DNA from: Pseudodesulfovibrio mercurii
Lineage (GTDB): Bacteria; Desulfobacterota; Desulfovibrionia; Desulfovibrionales; Desulfovibrionaceae
NCBI RefSeq assembly: GCF_000189295.2
Contig: NC_016803.1
Location: forward strand, 300,001-332,000
Direction of reading: 5' to 3'
DNA length: 32,000 bases
Positions 20,507 through 30,425 of this stretch are shown piece after piece. Below the pieces are notes generated by a model. That model was not told where the DNA came from. It searched no databases and worked only from the letters and a program-made list of their open reading frames with translations. A program made the position numbers and the translations under genes. Numbering within the stretch: the stretch's first letter is position 1; the number at the start of each line of letters is the position of its first letter.

Positions 20507-21541
20507 ATGAAAGGCAATTTTCATCGGCGGATGTTGCGCTTGCACGCGCGGCTGGGCTCCTTGTGGAGCATCGTGCTCGGCGCGGTCTATCTCTGCGTGA
20601 TCTTCCTGCTCGGCATCGGCTTCTACATGATCTACGAGCACTGGGACCTGGGCAGCGCCTTCTACATGGTGGTCATCACCCTCTCCACCGTGGGCTTCAT
20701 GGAGGTCAACCAGCTCTCCCCGGAAGGGCGCGTCTTCACGGCCTTCCTGATCATGCTCGGCGTGGGCGGCTTCGTGTACATCGCGGGCGCCTTCGCCCAG
20801 GTGCTCATCGACGGGCGACTGCAAATTCTGTGGGGTAAGCATAAGATGATGAAGATGATCAGCAAGTTAAGGAACCATTTTATTGTCTGCGGCCACGGCC
20901 GCATCGGCAGCATCGTGGTCCAGGAGATCATGGCCGACGGCCACGACGTGGTGGTCATCGAGAATGATCGGGCCCTGATCGACAAGATGGAGCAGGACGG
21001 CATCCTGTGCATCGAGGGGGACGCCACCAGCGACGCCGTGCTCATGAGCGCCGGGCTGCCCTACGCCAAGTCCCTGATCTCGGCCGTGACCAGCGAGGCG
21101 GCCAACGTCTACGTCACCCTGACCGCCCGCCAGCTCAACCCGAAAATTTCCATCGTGGCCCGGGCCGGGGACAAGTCGCACATCTCCCGCCTGGAGCTGG
21201 CCGGGGCGGACCGGGTGGTCCTGCCGCATTTCATCGGCGGGCTGCGCATGGCCCAGAGCGTGCTCCGACCCACGGTGACCAACTTTCTCGAACTGGCCGT
21301 GCGCGGCAGCATCGACCTCCAGATGGAGGAACTCCCGGTGTCGGCCGAGTCCGAACTGGTGGGCAAGGACCTCATCGAATCCAAGATCAGGGCCAACTTC
21401 AACCTGATCATCATCGCCATCAAGAAGGAGTCCGGGGAGATGGTCTTCAACCCGGGCCCCAAGGAAGTCATCCAGGCCAACGACACCCTGCTGGCCGTGG
21501 GCAAGAAGACCAATCTGGCTGAACTCAGAGAAATTTTGTAA
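20507..21541 (+). CDS. 2TM cation channel with RCK (TrkA_N + TrkA_C) gating domains, MthK-like; non-canonical filter
   Basis: Two TM helices flank a pore segment, ITLSTVGFMEVN. The Rossmann motif VCGHGRIGS is followed by a TrkA_C-like C-terminus (VGKDLIES...NLIIIAIKKE...DTLLAVG). Confidence 0.8.
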   Translation: MKGNFHRRMLRLHARLGSLWSIVLGAVYLCVIFLLGIGFYMIYEHWDLGSAFYMVVITLSTVGFMEVNQLSPEGRVFTAFLIMLGVGGFVYIAGAFAQVLIDGRLQILWGKHKMMKMISKLRNHFIVCGHGRIGSIVVQEIMADGHDVVVIENDRALIDKMEQDGILCIEGDATSDAVLMSAGLPYAKSLISAVTSEAANVYVTLTARQLNPKISIVARAGDKSHISRLELAGADRVVLPHFIGGLRMAQSVLRPTVTNFLELAVRGSIDLQMEELPVSAESELVGKDLIESKIRANFNLIIIAIKKESGEMVFNPGPKEVIQANDTLLAVGKKTNLAELREIL

Positions 21542-21555
21542 TTATATCCAGGTAG

Positions 21556-23619
<2,064 letters not shown>

Positions 23620-23652
23620 GCATACGAACTTCTTACCCGAAGGAGCGTCTCT

Positions 23653-24432
23653 ATGACCGTGGATATCGTCATCCTGGGGGCCAAGGGCCGCATGGGCACC
23701 ATGCTGGTCAACCAGACCCTGGCCGACGAGGAACTGAACCTGGTGGGCGCGTGCGAGCGCAAGGGCAATGCCGACGGCCTGCACTACGAGGACTGTGAAA
23801 TCTCCGATTGCCTCGAAGACCTGCTGCCCAAGGTGCCCGGCGCGGTGATTATCGACTTCACCGCCCCGGAAGCATCCGTGGCCATGGCCAAGACCGCCGC
23901 CAAATACGGCAACCCCGCGGTCATCGGCACCACCGGCCTGAACCCCGCCCAGCAGGCCGAACTGGCCGAGTCCGCCAGGAAAACCCCCATCTTCTGGGCC
24001 CCGAACATGTCCGTTGGCATCAACGTCCTGCTCAAGATCATGCCCCTGCTGGTCCAGGCCCTGGGCGAAAACTACGACATCGAGATCGTCGAGACCCATC
24101 ACAAGATGAAAAAGGACTCGCCCAGCGGCACCGCCCTCAAGCTGGCCCAGGTCCTGGCCGAGGCGCGCGGCTGGAACTACGACGACGTCAAGAAGCACTG
24201 CCGCGACGGCATCATCGGCGAACGGCCCAAAAAGGAGATCGGCGTCCAGACCCTGCGCGGCGGCGACGTGGTCGGCGAACACACCATGTACTTCTTCGGA
24301 CCCGGCGAACGCATCGAAGTCACCCACCGCGCCCATTCCCGCGAGACCTTCGCAGCAGGCGCCCTGCGCGCCGCCAAATGGCTCGCCGGCCAGAAGCCCG
24401 GCAAACTCTACAACATGGCCGATATCTTCTAG
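23653..24432 (+). CDS. dapB: 4-hydroxy-tetrahydrodipicolinate reductase
   Basis: The NAD(P) motif ILGAKGRMG and the catalytic block [17 protein letters not shown] are present. Length 259 aa, with GAAGGAG upstream of the ATG. Confidence 0.93.
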   Translation: MTVDIVILGAKGRMGTMLVNQTLADEELNLVGACERKGNADGLHYEDCEISDCLEDLLPKVPGAVIIDFTAPEASVAMAKTAAKYGNPAVIGTTGLNPAQQAELAESARKTPIFWAPNMSVGINVLLKIMPLLVQALGENYDIEIVETHHKMKKDSPSGTALKLAQVLAEARGWNYDDVKKHCRDGIIGERPKKEIGVQTLRGGDVVGEHTMYFFGPGERIEVTHRAHSRETFAAGALRAAKWLAGQKPGKLYNMADIF

Positions 24433-24454
24433 CCCCAACCTTACCGACGCTTCC

Positions 24455-24487
24455 GAGGGAGTCTCAAACGAGACTCCCTCTTTTTTT
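24455..24487 (+). terminator. Rho-independent terminator after dapB
   Basis: A perfect 11-bp stem, GAGGGAGTCTC (24455-24465) with GAGACTCCCTC (24470-24480), has the loop AAAC and is followed by T7 (24481-24487). Confidence 0.85.
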
Positions 24488-24507
24488 GTGCCGACGGACG
24501 AGTTGGG

Positions 24508-24595
24508 GATGCCTCCGGCGGCCCTCCGGGGGCCCCTTCGGGGGGACCAGAGAACCCTTTGGAAAGGGTTCTCTGGACTCTCCCAAACTTTTTGT
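24508..24595 (+). repeat. GC-rich hairpin repeat unit, copy A
   Basis: The unit has three parts: the box GATGCCTCCGGCGGCC (24508-24523), the palindrome CCAGAGAACCCTTTGGAAAGGGTTCTCTGG (24547-24576) and the tail AAACTTTTTGT (24585-24595). The same three-part layout recurs inverted at 24725-24831. Confidence 0.7.
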
Positions 24596-24724
24596 GTGCC
24601 TTCGGCAGGGGCGTGCGGTCGCGGGAGGGTGGAGGGGCGGGGGAAAAGAGAAATTGGCGAGGCGGCGTGTCGGACTAGGGAAAAGAGGGTGATTTCTCGG
24701 GGTATTGCCATCCGCGCAGCGGCG

Positions 24725-24831
24725 ACAAAAAGTTTAGGAGGGAGAAGGGGATGGGGGTCCGGGGGAAGGGGAAGAGGGAACTCTTTGAAAAGGGGTTCCC
24801 TCTTCCCCTTCCCCCGGCCGCCGGAGGCATC
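24725..24831 (-). repeat. GC-rich hairpin repeat unit, copy B (inverted relative to copy A)
   Basis: On the minus strand it reads GATGCCTCCGGCGGCC (24831-24816), then a 17-21 bp perfect stem (24761-24781 with 24795-24815), then AAACTTTTTGT (24735-24725). It begins 6 nt after the cls stop codon. Confidence 0.7.
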
Positions 24832-24837
24832 TTTCTC

Positions 24838-26295
24838 CTACAAAATGGGCGAGAGCAGGCGGGCGAAGCGGATGATGGTTTGGTGGAGGATATTTTTTTC
24901 GTCGTATTCGGTGAGGCCGGTTTCGACGCAGTGGTTGAAGTCGTTGAGGAACATGGTTTCGACGTCCTTGCAGAAGCCGGGTTCCTCGATGAGCATGGTG
25001 ATTTCGAAGTTGAGGCGGAAGGAGCGGTTGTCGAGGTTGGCGGTACCGACCCCGGCCAGGACGTCGTCGGCCAGGAAGACCTTCTGGTGCAGGAAGCCGT
25101 CGTCGTAGCGGAAGACCCGGATGCCGGGGCAGTTCAGTTCCTTGAGACAGGCGAAACCGGCCAGGTAGACGAGCAGGTGGTCGGGCTTGCGCGGGAGCAT
25201 GATGCGCACGTCCACGCCGCGCATGGAGGCCATTTGCAGGGCCTTCATGACCGAGGTGTCGGGCACGAAGTAGGGGCTGGCGATCCAGAACCGTTTCTTG
25301 GCCGAGGCGATGGCCTGGATGAACATGAGCGAGCAGTTCTCCAGGGGGTCCACCGGGCCGGTGGGCAGGGCCAGGACCTCTGCCGAGCCGCGTTTGGCGG
25401 GCATGGACAGGTCGAGTTCCGGGATTTCGCTGGTGGCCCAGTACCAGTCCTTGCCGAAGCAGACCTGGATGGGCAGCACGGCCGGGCCGGAGATCCGGGC
25501 GTGGGTGTCGCGCCAACCGCCGTAGCCGTTGTCCTTGTGGCCGAGGTATTCGGTGCCCACGTTGTGGCCGCCGATGAAGGCGGTGTGGCCGTCCACGACC
25601 ACGATCTTGCGGTGGTTGCGGAAGTTGAGCTGGAAGCGGTTGCCCGGTCCGCGCGTGGTGTGGAAGGGGAAGGCCTCGATGCCCGCGGCGCGCAGGGTGT
25701 CCCAATAGGCGGCCGGGGTCTTGTAGCTGCCGAGCTCGTCGTACAGGAAGCGGATGTGGACCCCTTCGCGGGCCTTGCTTACGAGCAGTTCCCCGAATTC
25801 CCTGCCCAGGTCGTCGTCGTGGACGATGTAGAACTGGATGAGCACGTAGCGTTCGGCCCCTTCCACGGCGGCGAAGATGGCCTTGAAGGTGGCCGGGCCG
25901 TCGACCAGCAACTCCATGTCGTTGCCGCCCAGGAAGGGCGATTCGGCCAGGGTCTCGAAGACCGTGTGCGGGGAGTGGGGGAACAGGCGTTCGGACAGGG
26001 GCGTGACCCTGGGCACGTCGTGGTTCCTGCCGATGCGCCGCTGGAACTCGGCCCGGCCGGTGCGCATGGCGTCCACGTAGCCGTGGAATTTGGACCGGCC
26101 GAATATCCAGTAGAGCGGCAGGGAGATGATCGGGAAGGTGACCAGGGAGATGGCCCAGGCCACGGCCCCCTGCGGGGTGCGGGTTTCGCGCACGGCGATG
26201 ACGGCCGTGACGATGCCCGTGATTTCCATGGCCGAGTAGAGCAGGCTGGCCAGGCCGAGCAGGAAGGACGTTTCCAGGGATTCCATAATCATCAT
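24838..26295 (-). CDS. cls: Cardiolipin synthase (PLD superfamily, two HKD motifs)
   Basis: Two N-terminal TM helices are followed by HKD motifs NHRKIVVVDGHTAFIGGHNVG and LHQKVFLADDVLAGVGTANLDNRS. ATG 26295 is preferred (AAGGGA upstream). The track start at 26316 is a TTG, and ATGs at 26292 and 26286 are also possible. Confidence 0.88.
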   Translation of the reverse strand: MMIMESLETSFLLGLASLLYSAMEITGIVTAVIAVRETRTPQGAVAWAISLVTFPIISLPLYWIFGRSKFHGYVDAMRTGRAEFQRRIGRNHDVPRVTPLSERLFPHSPHTVFETLAESPFLGGNDMELLVDGPATFKAIFAAVEGAERYVLIQFYIVHDDDLGREFGELLVSKAREGVHIRFLYDELGSYKTPAAYWDTLRAAGIEAFPFHTTRGPGNRFQLNFRNHRKIVVVDGHTAFIGGHNVGTEYLGHKDNGYGGWRDTHARISGPAVLPIQVCFGKDWYWATSEIPELDLSMPAKRGSAEVLALPTGPVDPLENCSLMFIQAIASAKKRFWIASPYFVPDTSVMKALQMASMRGVDVRIMLPRKPDHLLVYLAGFACLKELNCPGIRVFRYDDGFLHQKVFLADDVLAGVGTANLDNRSFRLNFEITMLIEEPGFCKDVETMFLNDFNHCVETGLTEYDEKNILHQTIIRFARLLSPIL

Positions 26296-26381
26296 TGCTA
26301 GCAAAATCCCTTGCAAAGGGAAAGCTTTGCTTGTCTTTGCCAGGGGGATGTGTTCTGGCTTTCCAGGCAGGAGAAGCAGCA

Positions 26382-27731
26382 GTGCAGGACAATCCGGCGG
26401 AAGCCGCGCGACATCCCTTTCTGGACAGGCCCAACCGGACGCTTATCCGCATGGCCGTGCCCGTGCTCTTTTCCCTGGTGGCCGAGCCGCTGACCGGGCT
26501 GGCGGACACGGCCTTCGTGGCCCGGCTGCCTGGCTCGGAGCCCGTGGCCGCGCTGGGCGTGGGCACCATGGCCTTTTCGGCCATCTTCTGGGCGTTCACC
26601 TTCCTCGGCATCGCCACCCAGACCGAGGTGGCGCACAGCGTGGGCCGGGGCGAGCCGGAACGCGCGGTCAAGGTTGTCTCCCTGGCCGGGCTCCTGGCCG
26701 CGGGCATCGGCCTGATCCTGCTGGCCGGGTCCATCTGGTTCCTGCCGCCCATCGCGGCCGTGTTCGGGGCCGAGGGGCTGGTCAACGACCTGGCCTGCGA
26801 CTACATGTTCTACCGGCTGCTCGGCGCGCCCGCCGTGCTGGTCACCCTGGCCTGTTTCGGCGGCCTGCGCGGGGCCCAGGACATGCGCACGCCGCTCTAC
26901 GTGGCCGTGGGCATCAACCTGGTCAACGTGGTCCTGGACTGGCTGCTCATCTTCGGGCACGGCTCGTTTCCGCCCATGGGCGTGGCCGGTGCGGCCATCG
27001 CCAGCACCATCAGCCAATGGATCGGGGCGTTCTGGTGCCTGATCGCGGTCCATCGCACCCTGGGGCTGACCTGGCGCATGCGCGGCGCGGGCCTGGCCCG
27101 GCTCATGCGCGTGGGCGGGGATCTGTTCCTGCGCACCGGGGCGGTGCTGGTCTTCCTGGCCCTGTGCACGCGGGTGGCCAACCGGTTCGGCGCGGACCAG
27201 GGCGCGGCCTTCCAGGCCATTCGGCAGTTTTTCCTCTTTTCGGCCCTGTTCCTCGACGCCTTCGCCATCACCGGCCAGAGCCTGGTGGGCTATTTCCTGG
27301 GCGCGGGCGACCGCGAGCGGGCCCGCAGGGTGGCCAAGCTGGTCTGCTGGTGGAGTTTCGGCACGGGCGTGGCCCTGTGCCTGGTCATGCTGCTCTGCAC
27401 GGACCTGGTGGCCTGGCTGCTGGTGCCGCCCGCGGCCTACGCGGTGTTCGGGCCGGGCTGGATCGTGGTCTCCCTGTCCCAGCCCATCGGCTCCCTGTCC
27501 TTTGCCACGGACGGCATCCACTGGGGCACCGGCGACTTCGCCTACCTGCGCAACAGCATGCTGGCGGCCTCGGCCGTGGGCGGGGCGTGTGTCCTGGCCG
27601 TGGAGACGGTCCGGCCGGAGCACGTCCTGGTCTACATCTGGCTGGCCTCGGCCCTGTGGACCTTCATCCGGGCGGGCTTCGGCCTGGCGCGCATCTGGCC
27701 CGGCGTGGGCAACGCCCCGCTCAAGGGGTAG
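26382..27731 (+). CDS. MATE family efflux transporter (DinF-like)
   Basis: About 449 aa with 12 predicted hydrophobic helices. The N-terminus RTLIRMAVPVLFSLVAEPLTGLADTAFVARLG and the internal duplicated topology are typical of MATE/DinF. GTG 26382 has AGGAG 8 nt upstream, whereas the TTG at 26295 would overlap the cls start. Confidence 0.8.
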   Translation: MQDNPAEAARHPFLDRPNRTLIRMAVPVLFSLVAEPLTGLADTAFVARLPGSEPVAALGVGTMAFSAIFWAFTFLGIATQTEVAHSVGRGEPERAVKVVSLAGLLAAGIGLILLAGSIWFLPPIAAVFGAEGLVNDLACDYMFYRLLGAPAVLVTLACFGGLRGAQDMRTPLYVAVGINLVNVVLDWLLIFGHGSFPPMGVAGAAIASTISQWIGAFWCLIAVHRTLGLTWRMRGAGLARLMRVGGDLFLRTGAVLVFLALCTRVANRFGADQGAAFQAIRQFFLFSALFLDAFAITGQSLVGYFLGAGDRERARRVAKLVCWWSFGTGVALCLVMLLCTDLVAWLLVPPAAYAVFGPGWIVVSLSQPIGSLSFATDGIHWGTGDFAYLRNSMLAASAVGGACVLAVETVRPEHVLVYIWLASALWTFIRAGFGLARIWPGVGNAPLKG

Positions 27732-27746
27732 TCCGGGCGCGGGCAC

Positions 27747-27777
27747 GAAAAAAGGCCCGCCGGTCACGCCGACGGGC
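27747..27777 (-). terminator. Rho-independent terminator after the Hpt gene (minus strand)
   Basis: The stem pairs GGCCCGCCGG (27753-27762) with CCGACGGGCC (27768-27777), with one mismatch. An A6 run (27747-27752) on the plus strand gives a U-tract after the hairpin on the minus-strand transcript. Confidence 0.6.
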
Positions 27778-27802
27778 CCGGAAAATCCGCGCTCGGGCCG
27801 GT

Positions 27803-28180
27803 TCAGTGCTCGGCCAGATAGTTGAACATGAATTCGTAGGCGTGACGCATCTCCTCTTCAAGGTGGTCCATGAGGGCCAGGGCCGAGTGCAGGTCGCCCG
27901 CCCTGCAGGCGTTTTCGAGCTGGAGACAGCAGTCGCGCACCCGTTCCACGCCGATGGTGGCCGCCCCGCCCTTGAGGGAGTGGGCCAGGTGGCGAAGCTT
28001 TTCCACGTCCCCGGAGGTCAGGGCGTCCCTGATGTTCTGGATTCTCTTGGGCTCCTGGGAGATGAACACGGTGAACATCCGTTTCATGAACGGACGCCGA
28101 TCCGCCATGGATTCCAGGAATTTGCTGTCCACTATTTCCTTTTCCACCGTATCTACCGCCTTTGGGGAAATACCGATCAT
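27803..28180 (-). CDS. Stand-alone Hpt (histidine phosphotransfer) domain protein
   Basis: 125 aa from ATG 28180, with the Hpt signature LRHLAHSLKGGAATIG and four-helix-bundle-like heptads. The in-frame extension to 28576 overlaps the CPBP gene and is Pro/Arg/Gly-rich, so it is rejected. ATG 28108 is an alternative start. Confidence 0.72.
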   Translation of the reverse strand: MIGISPKAVDTVEKEIVDSKFLESMADRRPFMKRMFTVFISQEPKRIQNIRDALTSGDVEKLRHLAHSLKGGAATIGVERVRDCCLQLENACRAGDLHSALALMDHLEEEMRHAYEFMFNYLAEH

Positions 28181-28254
28181 GCGATCGGATTCTCTCCCTA
28201 TACTGCGGCGGGTCGCTTTCGGCAACTGGTTTGCGAAGAAAGTGGGGTCGTCGA

Positions 28255-28884
28255 TCAGCCGGGATTGTAGAAGAATCGGCCGAGCCCCACGGTGAAGACG
28301 ATGCAGCCGTAGGCCGCGTGTTCCAGGGAGGCGAGGAGGAGTGACCCGGTCCTGCGGTAGATCCGGGCGAAGATGAAGCCCGCCGGGAGGGTCAAGACCA
28401 CGGCCACCCAGTTGCCGAAGACCACGTGCAGGAAGGAGAAGGTCAGCGCGCTGGCCCAGGTGCGGGCGGATTCGGATTTCAGGATGGGGGCGTAGCGCCG
28501 GAAGAGGAAGGCCCGGTACACGGCCTCCTGGGGGAAGGCGGACAGGAGCGGGTAGAGGGCCATGACGGTCAGCCACAGGAGCGGCCGGGTGCGGGGGAAC
28601 TCAAAGAGCCCGTCCGGGATGAAAATGAGCATGATGGCCACGGAAAGCAGGGCCACGGCCAGGGTGCGGAGGGCGATGGCCCGCAAATTGCGTGTATTTT
28701 CACCCAAAAAAACGAAAAAATCCGTTTTTCGAAGGAATCCGTTCCTGTCGAGATAGAGGAGGCAGGCGGCCGCGATGGTCAGGAGCAGGGGGATTTTGGG
28801 CACGGGCAGCCAGCCCAGGGCGTGGAGCAGCGGGGTCAGGCCGAACAGGGCCAGGAATTCGATCCACAGGAACGGGCCGGGCAT
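28255..28884 (-). CDS. CPBP family intramembrane metalloprotease (CAAX protease-like)
   Basis: 209 aa and polytopic. The motifs are FPQEAVYRAFLF (EExxxR-type, with the first Glu as Gln), FSFLH (FxxxH) and LEHAAYG (HxxxN/D-type). No clear Shine-Dalgarno precedes ATG 28884. Confidence 0.7.
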   Translation of the reverse strand: MPGPFLWIEFLALFGLTPLLHALGWLPVPKIPLLLTIAAACLLYLDRNGFLRKTDFFVFLGENTRNLRAIALRTLAVALLSVAIMLIFIPDGLFEFPRTRPLLWLTVMALYPLLSAFPQEAVYRAFLFRRYAPILKSESARTWASALTFSFLHVVFGNWVAVVLTLPAGFIFARIYRRTGSLLLASLEHAAYGCIVFTVGLGRFFYNPG

Positions 28885-29131
28885 TAGACGTATATACGCA
28901 CGGTTGCCGGGCCGATCCAGCCCGCCGGGTCATTGTCATGAAAATGCCGCATTCCTCCGATGACGGGGTTGTCCACAGATCTGTTTGCGGGATGTTCCTT
29001 ATCTGGTCAACCTGTGGAAAAAATGTGGAAAGTCGTCAAATCCTCCGCAGTCCCGGTTTCTTCGTGCATTTCTTTCGGATAATAATTTTCGTGTGTAGTT
29101 AGGGCCGAGGGTATCGGCGAGGGAGGTTCGG

Positions 29132-29896
29132 TTGATTTCAGTGTTCCATAGGCGTCCCCTGTCCGTGGTCGTATGGATGCTCCTGGCCTGTGCGTGCCAG
29201 ATGCATCCGGCCGTGGCCGGGGACGCCGTCACCTTCGCCCTGTTCACCAGGGGGTGGCCGCCCTTCGAGATGGTCGTGGACGGCGAACCCGAGGGAGCGG
29301 CCCTGGATATCTTCCGGGCCTCCATGCCCGACGGCGTCGGGACCTCCGTCAAGTTGATCCCGGCCTCGCGCAGCATGCTCCGGACGCCGGGGGACGATAT
29401 CTACACCCGGCTGGAGTGCCGGGAATGGATCGACGACGCCGACAACTACCTGTGGAGCGGACCGGTGCTGACCCTGCGGACCGTGCTCCTGTCAAGGCGC
29501 AACCGGCCCGTGGAATACACGGACGCGTCGAGTCTGCACGGTCTGACCATCGGCTGCATCAAGAGCTACAGCTATCCCGAGGTGGAACCGTTGTTCAGGA
29601 GCGGCAAGGCCTACCGCTACGACGTGAACAGCGACGTGGTCCTGCTGCGCATGCTCAAGGCGGGCCGGGTGGACGCGGCCCTGTTCGACCAGTACACGGT
29701 GCGCTGGATCATCCGCAAATCGTCGGAACTGTCCATGGCCGACTTCCATGTGGCGGCCCGGCCCCTGGGCAGCGCGGAGCTGCGTTTCGTCTTCAACCGC
29801 CATCCCGGCTGGGAGGCGCGTCTGCCCGAGATCGACGCGCGCATCCGGACCAACCGGGAGGACGGCGTGTACGAGCGTATCATGGACCGCTACTGA
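29132..29896 (+). CDS. Periplasmic substrate-binding protein, family 3 (SBP_bac_3-like), orphan
   Basis: TTG 29132 has GGGAGG 5 nt upstream and gives a proper signal peptide (MISVFHRRPLSVVVWMLLACACQMHPAVAG). The mature part has SBP_bac_3-like features (WPPFEM, GCIKSYSYPE, LLRMLKAGRVDAALFDQYT). No permease or ATPase gene is adjacent. Confidence 0.65.
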   Translation: MISVFHRRPLSVVVWMLLACACQMHPAVAGDAVTFALFTRGWPPFEMVVDGEPEGAALDIFRASMPDGVGTSVKLIPASRSMLRTPGDDIYTRLECREWIDDADNYLWSGPVLTLRTVLLSRRNRPVEYTDASSLHGLTIGCIKSYSYPEVEPLFRSGKAYRYDVNSDVVLLRMLKAGRVDAALFDQYTVRWIIRKSSELSMADFHVAARPLGSAELRFVFNRHPGWEARLPEIDARIRTNREDGVYERIMDRY

Positions 29897-29913
29897 TCGT
29901 CGGCGCTGGTCGG

Positions 29914-29952
29914 AAAAAAAGGGTGGAGGCCGGAGCCTTCACCCTTTTTTTT
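29914..29952. terminator. Bidirectional Rho-independent terminator between the SBP gene and the ACT gene
   Basis: An A7 run (29914-29920) precedes a 10-bp stem, GGGTGGAGGC with GCCTTCACCC (29921-29944, loop CGGA, one G-T pair). A T8 run (29945-29952) follows. The flanking A and T runs allow termination in both directions. Confidence 0.8.
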
Positions 29953-29970
29953 CGCATGCTTGCGGGCGCG

Positions 29971-30402
29971 CTACATGGTGTAGAGCTTGTCCCCGGGGAT
30001 GATGTTGATGTTGTTCTTTTTGAGCAGCTCGATGCCCTGGTCCGTGCGGTCGAAGCGGAAGATGAGGACCGCCGAGTCGCCGGACTGCTGGACGAAGGCG
30101 TACATGTACTCCACGTTGATGCCCGCCTCCTGGAGCATGCTCAGGATGGTGTGCAGGCCGCCGGGCTGGTCGTTGACCTCCACGGCCACCACCGAGGTGC
30201 GGCCCACGGTGAAGCCCGCTTCCTTCAGCTTGGTCTTGGCCTTTTCGAAGTCGGACACGATCAGGCGCAGGATGCCGAAGTCCGAGGTGTCGGCCAGGGA
30301 CAGGGCGCGGATGTTCACCCCGGCCTCGGACAGGATGCGGGTGACTTCGGCCAGGCGTCCGGCCCGGTTTTCCAGAAATATGGAGAGTTGATCGACTTTC
30401 AT
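29971..30402 (-). CDS. ACT domain-containing protein (tandem ACT, amino-acid-binding type)
   Basis: 143 aa with two ACT-like units ([29 protein letters not shown] and [30 protein letters not shown]). It lies 23 nt downstream of paaK on the same strand. Confidence 0.8.
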   Translation of the reverse strand: MKVDQLSIFLENRAGRLAEVTRILSEAGVNIRALSLADTSDFGILRLIVSDFEKAKTKLKEAGFTVGRTSVVAVEVNDQPGGLHTILSMLQEAGINVEYMYAFVQQSGDSAVLIFRFDRTDQGIELLKKNNINIIPGDKLYTM

Positions 30403-30425
30403 GGTATTCTCCTTGGCTTGGGGGA

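Noticed and set aside
24488-25108. ORFs predicted across the dapB-cls spacer: 24488-25108(+), 23569-24711(-) and 23808-24692(+).
   Set aside because: They run through terminator and repeat DNA or overlap dapB and cls out of frame. Their translations are Gly/Arg/Pro-rich and they lack RBSs.
28181-28576. N-terminal extension of the Hpt ORF (257-aa version starting at 28576).
   Set aside because: The extension overlaps the 3' third of the CPBP protease gene in another frame and is Pro/Arg/Gly-rich with no Hpt-related sequence. The internal ATG at 28180 gives a normal 125-aa Hpt.
28888-28897. 10-bp perfect palindrome CGTATATACG, 3 nt upstream of the CPBP start codon.
   Set aside because: It is short enough to arise by chance, and it may simply be part of an AT-rich untranslated leader. 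No second copy is in the window.
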